From NCBI GenBank assembly GCA_020341815.1, contig CP070837.1, positions 387,196-436,145 on the forward strand: DNA of 48,950 bases. Direction: 5' to 3'. Below, piece by piece: positions 1 to 7,229 of the stretch; the stretch's first letter is position 1, and each line of letters begins with the position of its first letter. This stretch comes from Candidatus Omnitrophota bacterium. GTDB lineage: Bacteria; Omnitrophota; Gorgyraeia; JAFGHF01. A model generated the notes under the pieces. That model saw nothing but the letters and a program-made list of their open reading frames with translations, did not search any database and had not been told where the DNA came from. Both the position numbers and the translations under genes were made by a program.

Positions 1-12
1 CGTTGGCCCGAT

Positions 13-34
13 GGGGCGGCCAGCCGGCCGCCCC
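13..34 (+). other. GC-rich perfect hairpin GGGGCGGCC-agcc-GGCCGCCCC, possibly the 3' end structure of the off-window upstream gene
   Basis: A 9-bp perfect inverted repeat with a 4-nt loop, read directly. No T-tract follows, so it is not a canonical intrinsic terminator. Confidence 0.3.
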
Positions 35-58
35 TACAGACATTTGCAATAAAATAAA

Positions 59-901
59 ATGAAAATATACGGGTTAATAGGATTTCCGGTTAAACATAGC
101 TATTCGGCAATAATGCATAATGCCGCATTCGGCGCCTTAGGTATAGATGCCCGTTATGAGTTATTCGAAATAAAACCCCAAGACTTAGAAGAAGAGTTTA
201 AGAAAAAGGTCTCCGATGGTGTTAGCGGATTCAATGTAACTATCCCTTATAAGGAAAAGATTATCAAATTTTTAGACAAATTAGACCCTGAGGCCGAGCT
301 TATCGGCGCGGTAAATACAATAAAGGTGAATGAGGATAAGACTACAGAAGGCTTTAATACCGATGGCTCAGGGTTTATTGCCCATCTTAAAGAGGTGGTG
401 GGCGTTAGTCCTGAAGGCGCAAAAGTATCTATCTTAGGCGCAGGAGGAGCCGCCCGCGCCGTCTCTGTTCAACTGGCTAAAAATAATGCCGTAAGCATTT
501 CTTTATTTGATATTGATAGTTCTCGGGCAGAGGCATTAGCCGCCAAGCTGAAGGCGCATTTTCCTAATTGTAATATAGAATTGGCTTATGACGCCGATGG
601 CCTCTTGGAAAAGAAGCCCGACCTATTAATTAACGCTACGCCTTTAGGGATGCGCAAGGAAGATAAATTGGTCTTTAACCCCGAACTCTTTCATTCCAAA
701 TTGATTGTTTACGACCTGATTTACAATCCGGCCCAGACCCTTCTTTTAAGAGAGGCCAAAGCAAAGGGGTGTCGGGCGGCATTTAACGGATTAGGCATGC
801 TTCTTTATCAGGGGGCGCTGGCTTTTAAAATCTGGCTTGATGTAGAGGCGCCGATTGAGGTAATGGAAGAGGCATTGAGAAAGGTCTTAACCAAGGTATG
901 A
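59..901 (+). CDS. aroE: Shikimate 5-dehydrogenase
   Basis: 280-aa ORF. N-terminus YGLIGFPVKHSYSAIMHNAAF and GAGGAARAV dinucleotide-binding motif are typical of AroE. ATGA overlap with the next gene. Confidence 0.9.
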   Translation: MKIYGLIGFPVKHSYSAIMHNAAFGALGIDARYELFEIKPQDLEEEFKKKVSDGVSGFNVTIPYKEKIIKFLDKLDPEAELIGAVNTIKVNEDKTTEGFNTDGSGFIAHLKEVVGVSPEGAKVSILGAGGAARAVSVQLAKNNAVSISLFDIDSSRAEALAAKLKAHFPNCNIELAYDADGLLEKKPDLLINATPLGMRKEDKLVFNPELFHSKLIVYDLIYNPAQTLLLREAKAKGCRAAFNGLGMLLYQGALAFKIWLDVEAPIEVMEEALRKVLTKV

Positions 902-1767
902 TTATGGATCCGATTATTGCGATTTTTCTGTTTTGTTTGGGAGCGGCGATAGGGAGTTTCCTGAATGTATGTATTTATCGCATGCCGCGCAAAGAGTCGG
1001 TTGTGCGTCCTCCTTCGCATTGTCCTCATTGCCAGCATAAGATTGCCTGGTACGATAATATTCCTTTTTTAAGTTATATTTTACTTAAAGGCAGATGCCG
1101 CCATTGTCAAAAGGGTATTTCTTTTCGTTATTTTGTGGTGGAATTAATTACGGCTGCGCTTTTCGTTGTATTGTTTAATCGTTTTGGATTAACGCTTGAT
1201 TATGTTATGTTTACGTTATTTTCTTGTGGGTTAATCGTGGCCTCTTTTATTGATTTGGATTACCGGATTATTCCCGATGAGGTTTCGATCGGGCTTTTGC
1301 TTTTCGCCCTGGTAATAAATCTCTTGAGGAGTTTTGCTCAATTTTACAGATTTCCTGAAGTGCCCATAATTGATTCTTTATTTGGAGCTATCTTCGGCAG
1401 CGGCTTAACCTATGTAGTGGCAGCCATCTTTAACTTTTTCTTATTCGTAGTCATCGGCAGGATTTATCAGTTATTCGGAAAAGAGTTTTACCTGACTAAA
1501 GAATTCAAAGATGAAGAAGAGCTGACTTGTATGGGCGGCGGAGACGTGAGTTTAATGGCGATGATTGGCGCCTTTTTGGGCTGGCGCCTGGCGCTGGTTA
1601 CTTTTTTCGTTGCTCCTTTTTTTGGCGCAGTCGTAGGTTTATATATTTTACTTAAGAAAAGAAGCCACCTTATTCCTTATGGCCCGTTTTTATCTCTGGC
1701 GGCTTTAGTGGCCCTTTTATGGGGAGAAGATATTATTCGCTGGACAATCATTTTGGTTGCCGGCTAA
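898..1767 (+). CDS. pilD: Prepilin (type IV leader) peptidase, A24 family
   Basis: N-terminal CPHC...CRHC zinc-knuckle domain, multiple TM segments and GGGDVSLMAMIGAFLGW aspartyl-peptidase motif. Confidence 0.8.
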   Translation: MIMDPIIAIFLFCLGAAIGSFLNVCIYRMPRKESVVRPPSHCPHCQHKIAWYDNIPFLSYILLKGRCRHCQKGISFRYFVVELITAALFVVLFNRFGLTLDYVMFTLFSCGLIVASFIDLDYRIIPDEVSIGLLLFALVINLLRSFAQFYRFPEVPIIDSLFGAIFGSGLTYVVAAIFNFFLFVVIGRIYQLFGKEFYLTKEFKDEEELTCMGGGDVSLMAMIGAFLGWRLALVTFFVAPFFGAVVGLYILLKKRSHLIPYGPFLSLAALVALLWGEDIIRWTIILVAG

Positions 1768-1784
1768 GGTCTTAGGAGGGGAAG

Positions 1785-2909
1785 ATGTTAAGATACTTAA
1801 GCGCAGGTGAGTCACACGGCAGATGCCTCGTTGGTATCCTCGAAGGCGTGCCTGCCGGCCTGAAGATAGATAAAAAGCAAATCGACAGAGAGCTCACCGA
1901 GCGCCAGAAAGGATACGGCCGGGGCGCAAGAATGAAGATAGAGAAGGATAGACTCAAGATTCTCTCCGGCTTAAGGAAAGACAGGACTATCGGTGCGCCT
2001 TTGGCTCTTTTGATTAAAAATAAGGATTTCAAGATAGATACATTGCCGTCGGTCACTTGCCCCCGCCCGGGACACGCGGATTTGGCCGGTGCCTTAAAAT
2101 ACGATACCAAAGATATAAGGGATGTCTTGGAAAGAGCCAGCGCCCGCAGTACGGCAATGCGCGTAGCTATTGGGGCAATATGCAGGACTTTTTTGGAGGG
2201 ATTCGGGGTTAAAATTATCAGTCATGTCAGCGCAATCGGCAAGGTTCGCGCCCAGACTGAAAGTTTTTCATTTGATCAGGTTCGCCATAATGCGGCTAAA
2301 TCACGCCTTAAGTGCGCGGATAAGATTGCCGAGAAATTAATGATTTCCGAGATTAATAATGCAAAGGAAGCAGGGGATTCATTAGGAGGCACTTTTGAGA
2401 TAATTGCTGCGGGTGTGCCTGCGGGCTTAGGAAGTCCTTTTCATTGGGACAGGCGTTTGGATGGAGCACTTTCGGCTGCGGTTATGTCTATTCCTGCGGT
2501 TAAGGCGGTAGAGATAGGAGCGGGTTTTCTTAATGCGGCATCGAGGGGTTCGGAGGTTCACGATGCCATATTTTATTCATCCGCCAAAGGATTCTTTAGA
2601 AAGACCAACCGCGCCGGGGGCTTAGAGGGCGGCATGACTAACGGCGAGCCTTTGGTTTTGCATTGCGCAATGAAGCCCATTGCCACTTTGAAGAAGCCCT
2701 TGGCCAGCGTAAATATCAGGACTAAACACGAGACTCATGCCGCAGTAGAGAGGGCCGACGTCTGTGCGGTGCCGGCATGCAGTGTTGTGGGTGAGGCCGC
2801 GGTAGCTTTCTGCTTAGCTAAGGCATATCTTGATAAGTTCGCAGGAGACACTATTGGCGAGACAAAGAGAAATTACGAGGGATACCTAAAACAACTGAAG
2901 GATTTCTGA
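1785..2909 (+). CDS. aroC: Chorismate synthase
   Basis: 374 aa. N-terminal LSAGESHGRCLVGILEG motif and full-length resemblance to AroC. Confidence 0.95.
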   Translation: MLRYLSAGESHGRCLVGILEGVPAGLKIDKKQIDRELTERQKGYGRGARMKIEKDRLKILSGLRKDRTIGAPLALLIKNKDFKIDTLPSVTCPRPGHADLAGALKYDTKDIRDVLERASARSTAMRVAIGAICRTFLEGFGVKIISHVSAIGKVRAQTESFSFDQVRHNAAKSRLKCADKIAEKLMISEINNAKEAGDSLGGTFEIIAAGVPAGLGSPFHWDRRLDGALSAAVMSIPAVKAVEIGAGFLNAASRGSEVHDAIFYSSAKGFFRKTNRAGGLEGGMTNGEPLVLHCAMKPIATLKKPLASVNIRTKHETHAAVERADVCAVPACSVVGEAAVAFCLAKAYLDKFAGDTIGETKRNYEGYLKQLKDF

Positions 2910-3427
2910 TGAATATCGTATTAGTGGGATTTATGGGTACGGGCAAGACCGCCATAGGTAAACTCCTGGCAAAAAAATTAGAAATGAAATATATTTCTAC
3001 GGATGAGCTTATCGAACATAAAGAGCGCCGCTCGATAAATGACATCTTTAAAAAAAGCGGTGAGCCGTATTTTCGGCGTGTGGAGAAAGAGGTGGTTAAA
3101 AAGGTGGCCGAGCTGGATAAGTTTATAATCGATGCCGGAGGAGGCGTGGTTTTGGATAAAGAAAACATCCAAAACCTAAAGAGAAACGGAAAAATTATTT
3201 GTCTGGCGGCAACTAGTGACGTAATCCTTGAGAGAACAAAAAGGTATTACCACAGGCCTTTATTAAATACGAAAAACCCAAAAGAGAAAATCGAAGAGTT
3301 ATTAAAGAATAGAGCGCCTTTTTATGCCCAGGCGGATGTAACTATCGATACGACGAATATGACGCCTGAAGAGGTCGTGCAGGAGATAGAAAACAGATTA
3401 GAGAATGAGATTTCCAAGCAGCAATAA
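2909..3427 (+). CDS. aroK: Shikimate kinase
   Basis: 172 aa with Walker A GFMGTGKTAIGKLLA at the N-terminus. Its start overlaps the aroC stop. Confidence 0.9.
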   Translation: MNIVLVGFMGTGKTAIGKLLAKKLEMKYISTDELIEHKERRSINDIFKKSGEPYFRRVEKEVVKKVAELDKFIIDAGGGVVLDKENIQNLKRNGKIICLAATSDVILERTKRYYHRPLLNTKNPKEKIEELLKNRAPFYAQADVTIDTTNMTPEEVVQEIENRLENEISKQQ

Positions 3428-4136
3428 AATTAAGACTTTATCTCTGAATGATAAGGAATATCCTGCAAATTTAAGATATATCTATTCGCCGCCTCTTGCG
3501 CTTTATGTCAAGGGAAATATCCTTGCCGAAGACAGTATTGCCCTAGCCATTGTCGGTTCGCGGAAGGCTAGTTATTACGGCCTTAAGAATGCCGAGAGCT
3601 TAGGTTTCAAGCTGGCCTCACAAGGCATTACTATAATCAGCGGTTTGGCCCGGGGCATTGATACCGCAGCGCATCGCGGGGCTTTGGCCGCAGGCGGGCG
3701 CACGATTGCTGTTTTAGGCAGCGGCTTAAATATAATTTATCCCCGCCAAAATAAAGGATTAGCGGAAGAAATCTCAAAAAACGGCGCGGTTATTTCGGAG
3801 TATGCGCAAGATACTCCGCCACTTCGCCAAAACTTCCCCCGCAGAAATCGCATAATCAGCGGTTTATCTTTAGGGGTAGTGGTGGTGGAGGCGGCCAAAA
3901 GAAGCGGGGCATTAATTACTGCCGACTTTGCCCTCGAGCAGGGAAGAGAGGTATTTGCCCTTCCCGGGAAGATTGATTCCTTTACTTCCGCGGGGACGCA
4001 TGAGTTAATTAAAGACGGGGCAAAGCTTGTAGAGTCAACGGAAGACATAATTGAAGAGCTGGAGGCGCTTAAACATTCCAGTTTAAATTTAGATAATAAG
4101 CAGAAAATTACAAAAAAGAATAATGGAAAAGAATAG
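3405..4136 (+). CDS. dprA: DNA processing protein DprA/Smf, minimal Rossmann-core form
   Basis: GLARGIDTAAHRGAL, FPRRNRIISGLS and VVVVEAAKRSGALITA motifs. At 243 aa it appears to lack the N-terminal SAM-like and C-terminal winged-helix extensions. Confidence 0.85.
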   Translation: MRFPSSNKIKTLSLNDKEYPANLRYIYSPPLALYVKGNILAEDSIALAIVGSRKASYYGLKNAESLGFKLASQGITIISGLARGIDTAAHRGALAAGGRTIAVLGSGLNIIYPRQNKGLAEEISKNGAVISEYAQDTPPLRQNFPRRNRIISGLSLGVVVVEAAKRSGALITADFALEQGREVFALPGKIDSFTSAGTHELIKDGAKLVESTEDIIEELEALKHSSLNLDNKQKITKKNNGKE

Positions 4137-4509
4137 ATTGGTTGGAACGATATTATTAGCGATTTTCGATTTAGTATGCAGTTTAATATTATTCTTTTTT
4201 GCTATAATGCTTCAAGGCTGTTCCTGGTATCTTTTATTAGCATTGTTATATTTTATTTCCGGCATTCTAATTTTAATGCAGAATATAACGATTTTTAAAA
4301 TATTATTATACGGGATTATGCCTTTAAATGTTTTAATAAGCACTTTAGCGATATTTGAAATTATAAGTTTGATGGGCGGAAGTCCTGAAGATCCATATTA
4401 TACACCAATTAAAGTAGGATTAATAATTATAGGACTTACTATTTTGTTTCCTTTCTTCTGTAATATTTATTACTTCACTCGCCCCAAGATAAAGGAACAA
4501 TTTAGATAA
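4123..4509 (+). CDS. Hypothetical small integral membrane protein (about 4 TM)
   Basis: 128-aa ORF that overlaps the dprA end by 14 nt. Strongly hydrophobic segments, with no recognisable family motif. Confidence 0.5.
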   Translation: MEKNRLVGTILLAIFDLVCSLILFFFAIMLQGCSWYLLLALLYFISGILILMQNITIFKILLYGIMPLNVLISTLAIFEIISLMGGSPEDPYYTPIKVGLIIIGLTILFPFFCNIYYFTRPKIKEQFR

Positions 4510-4513
4510 TGTT

Positions 4514-4547
4514 GAATAAGCTTTAATATTAGAAAGGCGGAAGATGG
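4514..4547. repeat. Direct repeat copy A (34 bp), identical to 5297-5330. Its 3' 21 bp TATTAGAAAGGCGGAAGATGG is also the topA RBS plus start context (7151-7171).
   Basis: Read directly: GAATAAGCTTTAATATTAGAAAGGCGGAAGATGG occurs at both sites. Here it supplies the RBS and ATG of ORF 4544..5116. Confidence 0.9.
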
Positions 4548-5116
4548 GAAAAATGGCCTTGTTTCTAATAATTATTGCTCTTGTAAGCTGTCCATTGGCT
4601 CCAGGAGTTTTTGGTCGGCAAGAGGATATTGATGCCGAAAGTCAGGCAATAGATTTAAATGAGGCTCAAAAAATTGCCGAAGAATATCTCGATTTGTTGA
4701 AGCAAAATAAGTTTGAGCAGGCATTTGATATGATACATATGCCTAATTATAACCCAGAAAATAGGGATATAGATCTTGAAGCTGCGAAATTATTAAATGA
4801 AGGATTTGGAAATATAATCGGCTATAAATTTAAGGATTCCGAATGGCACAAACCTTTGTTTCATTACCATTGGGACCCCGATGAAATACCTTTAAAAGAT
4901 GAACCGGTAAAGATAAAAGAGCCCCCATATCTTTCGTTAATTTATGAAATTGAATATAGAACTGCCACGGGAGAAAAAGAGATTCAGGTGGTTAGTGACA
5001 AAGGTATCTTGAAGATTCAAAAAGCAGTAGATACATTTACTTCTCCCGGAGCAATATTGAAGATGATGAATTTAATGAAGAAACTGCCTAAGAAAGCTAA
5101 AGATGTTGAGCGATAA
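4544..5116 (+). CDS. Hypothetical exported protein (signal peptide, possibly a lipoprotein)
   Basis: 190-aa ORF with hydrophobic N-terminus MALFLIIIALVSC. No recognisable catalytic motif. Its translation start lies in a copy of the topA initiation region. Confidence 0.5.
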   Translation: MGKMALFLIIIALVSCPLAPGVFGRQEDIDAESQAIDLNEAQKIAEEYLDLLKQNKFEQAFDMIHMPNYNPENRDIDLEAAKLLNEGFGNIIGYKFKDSEWHKPLFHYHWDPDEIPLKDEPVKIKEPPYLSLIYEIEYRTATGEKEIQVVSDKGILKIQKAVDTFTSPGAILKMMNLMKKLPKKAKDVER

Positions 5117-5309
5117 AGAAAAGAGAGAAATATTTGAAGATGCCGCAAGCGCAAAGAGGAAGGCGAATTTCCGTTTTGCAAAAAGGAAAGTTGTGCATAG
5201 GGTTAGTTCTCTTGATGAATACATTTTATTTTTGAATAGCATTCAGAAAATCTTTACAGCATTTAAGATTTCAAGGCAACCGGTTTCTACAAACAGGAAT
5301 AAGCTTTAA
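5103..5309 (+). CDS. Hypothetical small basic protein
   Basis: 68-aa ORF overlapping the previous ORF by 14 nt. The last codons (NKL-stop) lie inside repeat copy B. No family recognised. Confidence 0.3.
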   Translation: MLSDKEKREIFEDAASAKRKANFRFAKRKVVHRVSSLDEYILFLNSIQKIFTAFKISRQPVSTNRNKL

Positions 5310-5388
5310 TATTAGAAAGGCGGAAGATGGCAAAGGCTTTAGTGATAGTGGAGTCGCCGGCGAAAGCCAAGACAATAAATAAATTTCT
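5297..5388. repeat. Direct repeat copy B: 5297-5330 equals copy A (34/34) and 5310-5388 equals copy C at 7151-7229 (78/79)
   Basis: Read directly. The single mismatch is G/A at 5343/7184. Copy B joins the left flank of A to the topA 5' coding sequence of C. Confidence 0.9.
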
Positions 5389-5506
5389 TGGCCCGGTAGA
5401 AATAAGCAGGGGAATAGCTTGCTTCGGAGCTTCAACTTTAAGATACATCAAGGGAATTTTAAGCCAAGCAGGGCTTGACAAATGTTTAACCTTCTGTAAT
5501 CTTTAA
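5327..5506 (+). pseudogene. Duplicated 5' fragment of topA (RBS plus the first ~21 codons, MAKALVIVESPAKAKTINKFL), running into unrelated sequence as a 59-codon ORF
   Basis: Nucleotides 5327-5388 match topA 7168-7229 with one mismatch. Similarity ends at codon 22. The ORF falls just below the 60-aa track cut-off. Confidence 0.7.
5475..5502 (+). promoter_or_regulatory. Candidate sigma70-type promoter for ORF 5541..6650
   Basis: TTGACA (5475-5480), 16-nt spacer, TAATCT (5497-5502). The AGGGCTTGACAAA block is repeated at 7091-7103. Confidence 0.45.
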
Positions 5507-5540
5507 CCCTTAAAACGAGGCGGAGAAAGAGAGCCTTGCA

Positions 5541-6650
5541 ATGAGATTACTTATTATTATGCTTTTGGTCATATTCAATACCAAAGAAGCCTATGCCTTT
5601 GATTGTAATTATCGTAAGAATGGTCCAACTTCAACAAGTGGTTTTGGTGGTACCGCTTACGGATTTGCGGTTCGAGAAGCAAGAAAGTCCGTTAATCTGT
5701 TTGAAACACTAGATAATAATTGGAATAACTTTAAGCAGGCAAACCCCCAGGCGGAGAAAAACAACTATTTAGGGAAAGTCTTTAAGCACCAGAATACTTT
5801 TATCTATGGAGATTATAAACCCGGCGGTATTAAATACGATCCGGCCTTCGATGTCAATAATGCTTGTTTTAATCCCCAGCCTGAAATAAGCGTATTTCTT
5901 GAGGAAAAACAATATCTCACTTCACCAAAGAGTTTTGGCGGACATATTGGAATAAGAATTGATAATACGCTTTACGAGATAAAGCCCATAAGCAAGGGAA
6001 ATGCTACTTGGGAAGCGAGACCTTATAACGATATGCTTAATTCCCCAAGATCGGAGAGAGAAGTCCCTGTCAATTTTTTATCTTTCGAGCAGTCAATACA
6101 GCTTCAGCAGAACATCATAAATAGCGTAGGGAATAAGACCATTTATGAGTGGACTAACAATAACTGCGTTAATGCCCTTAAAGACCATTTCGGAAAGGTA
6201 GGAGCAATCTTTCCAAACGATCCTATTGACACGCCTGTAAATATGCTTAATCAGACAAAGATAATGAACCAAACATATACTACCCCGTATAATTGGCAGG
6301 AGATAGGCCGGAGCTTTAATACCTCTTCTTATGATATGCCGGTAAATAGGATAAATACTTTTTCGAATATAGAGACTGGAATTACTAAGGGAGTGGGGGC
6401 AGTAGTAGCTCCTCAATTACTGCCATATATCAAGACCCCAGTAACTTCGCCGAGCAGATTTCAGCCGACCTTTCCCTCTATGCCCCCGAACAGATATAAT
6501 ACTTTTCAGCAGGTAAATAAAGATTATGGTCAATTCAGGAAGATATACCCAAACCCGGTAATTCAGCCGATAATACCGCCTAAAGTTACACCACCACAAA
6601 CAATAAACCCTTTTAAGTTTAATTCTTCCATGAGGGAGATAACACGATGA
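5541..6650 (+). CDS. Hypothetical secreted protein with a Pro-rich C-terminal tail and a possible permuted papain-fold (PPPDE/LRAT-like) His...Cys motif pair
   Basis: Signal peptide MRLLIIMLLVIFNTKEAYA. GGHIGIRIDNTLYEI resembles H-x-G-I-x-V...Y-x-F of PPPDE domains. YEWTNNNCVNALKDHFGKVGAIFP resembles the Y-x-L...NCNHF...L-x-G..IP block. The C-terminus is rich in P/N/T. The domain call is motif-level only. Confidence 0.55.
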   Translation: MRLLIIMLLVIFNTKEAYAFDCNYRKNGPTSTSGFGGTAYGFAVREARKSVNLFETLDNNWNNFKQANPQAEKNNYLGKVFKHQNTFIYGDYKPGGIKYDPAFDVNNACFNPQPEISVFLEEKQYLTSPKSFGGHIGIRIDNTLYEIKPISKGNATWEARPYNDMLNSPRSEREVPVNFLSFEQSIQLQQNIINSVGNKTIYEWTNNNCVNALKDHFGKVGAIFPNDPIDTPVNMLNQTKIMNQTYTTPYNWQEIGRSFNTSSYDMPVNRINTFSNIETGITKGVGAVVAPQLLPYIKTPVTSPSRFQPTFPSMPPNRYNTFQQVNKDYGQFRKIYPNPVIQPIIPPKVTPPQTINPFKFNSSMREITR

Positions 6651-7099
6651 AAAAGCTATCGACGGCTTTAATGATTTTAGGGATTTTATTTTTCTTCTTT
6701 GGCATATCGGTAGCAATGGGAACTTTAGCGGTTGTCTTTGCCTTATTCTTTCTCTTTGCACACTTAAGAGATCCTATCCGGCGGAAGTGGGTTATTGCCG
6801 GAATAATTGTTGGAAGTATTGCCCCTGTTTTTTGGTGGATAGGCGGTTGGGCCTTAGACAAGATCTTAAGTTTATTGGGAGTCAGCGAGTGGGGGATAAT
6901 TTCTATTCGTTATTGGGTAGGAGTAGCGCTATTCCCCTTCGGGTTTATTTTAGGCTGTGCCACAAGCGATATGCCTTTCTTTTGGATATATTATATCGGC
7001 CTTGCCATTATAAACATAGGCTTTTATGCAGGGGTGTTTAACCTTATAGGATACATAGTAGAAAAGATTAGGTTTTTCTTCAGGGGGAATAGGGCTTGA
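6647..7099 (+). CDS. Hypothetical integral membrane protein (4-5 TM)
   Basis: 150-aa ORF with an ATGA overlap to the previous ORF, which suggests translational coupling. Its stop TGA lies inside the TTGACA box at 7096-7101. Confidence 0.55.
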   Translation: MKKLSTALMILGILFFFFGISVAMGTLAVVFALFFLFAHLRDPIRRKWVIAGIIVGSIAPVFWWIGGWALDKILSLLGVSEWGIISIRYWVGVALFPFGFILGCATSDMPFFWIYYIGLAIINIGFYAGVFNLIGYIVEKIRFFFRGNRA

Positions 7100-7133
7100 C
7101 AAACGACTTAACTTGCGGCGATATTGATATAAT
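7096..7133 (+). promoter_or_regulatory. Candidate topA promoter
   Basis: TTGACA (7096-7101) with GATATT 18 nt downstream. An extended -10 TGaTATAAT also lies at 7125-7133. Which element is used cannot be decided from sequence. Confidence 0.45.
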
Positions 7134-7150
7134 AAATATTCCATAGGAGT

Positions 7151-7229
7151 TATTAGAAAGGCGGAAGATGGCAAAGGCTTTAGTAATAGTGGAGTCGCCG
7201 GCGAAAGCCAAGACAATAAATAAATTTCT
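7151..7229. repeat. Direct repeat copy C: the genuine topA RBS and first 62 coding nt
   Basis: 78/79 identity to 5310-5388, read directly. Confidence 0.9.

Noticed and set aside
4514-4547. A dif-like Xer site or an integron attC within the repeated junction sequence, considered because xerC lies just downstream of topA.
   Set aside because: The repeat lacks the 11-6-11 imperfect palindrome of dif sites; only a 4-bp CTTT/AAAG symmetry is present. It also has no attC-like R/L box structure. The Xer link is kept only as a low-probability idea in the finding.
5287-5481. Minus-strand ORFs 5287..5481 and 7080..7382 share a 29-aa identical stretch (PRNLFIVLAFAGDSTITKAFAIFRLSN), which could look like a duplicated gene.
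   Set aside because: The shared peptide is simply the antisense reading of the duplicated topA RBS/5' repeat (5310-5388 and 7151-7229). There is no independent coding evidence.
6787-7041. Plus-strand alternative-frame ORFs: 6787..7041, 24554..24742, 27329..27535, 27925..28110, 29272..29454, 36716..36910, 43489..43725 and 47534..47731.
   Set aside because: They are fully nested in other frames of well-supported genes, their products are Arg/Cys/Ser-rich and atypical, and they have no start context.
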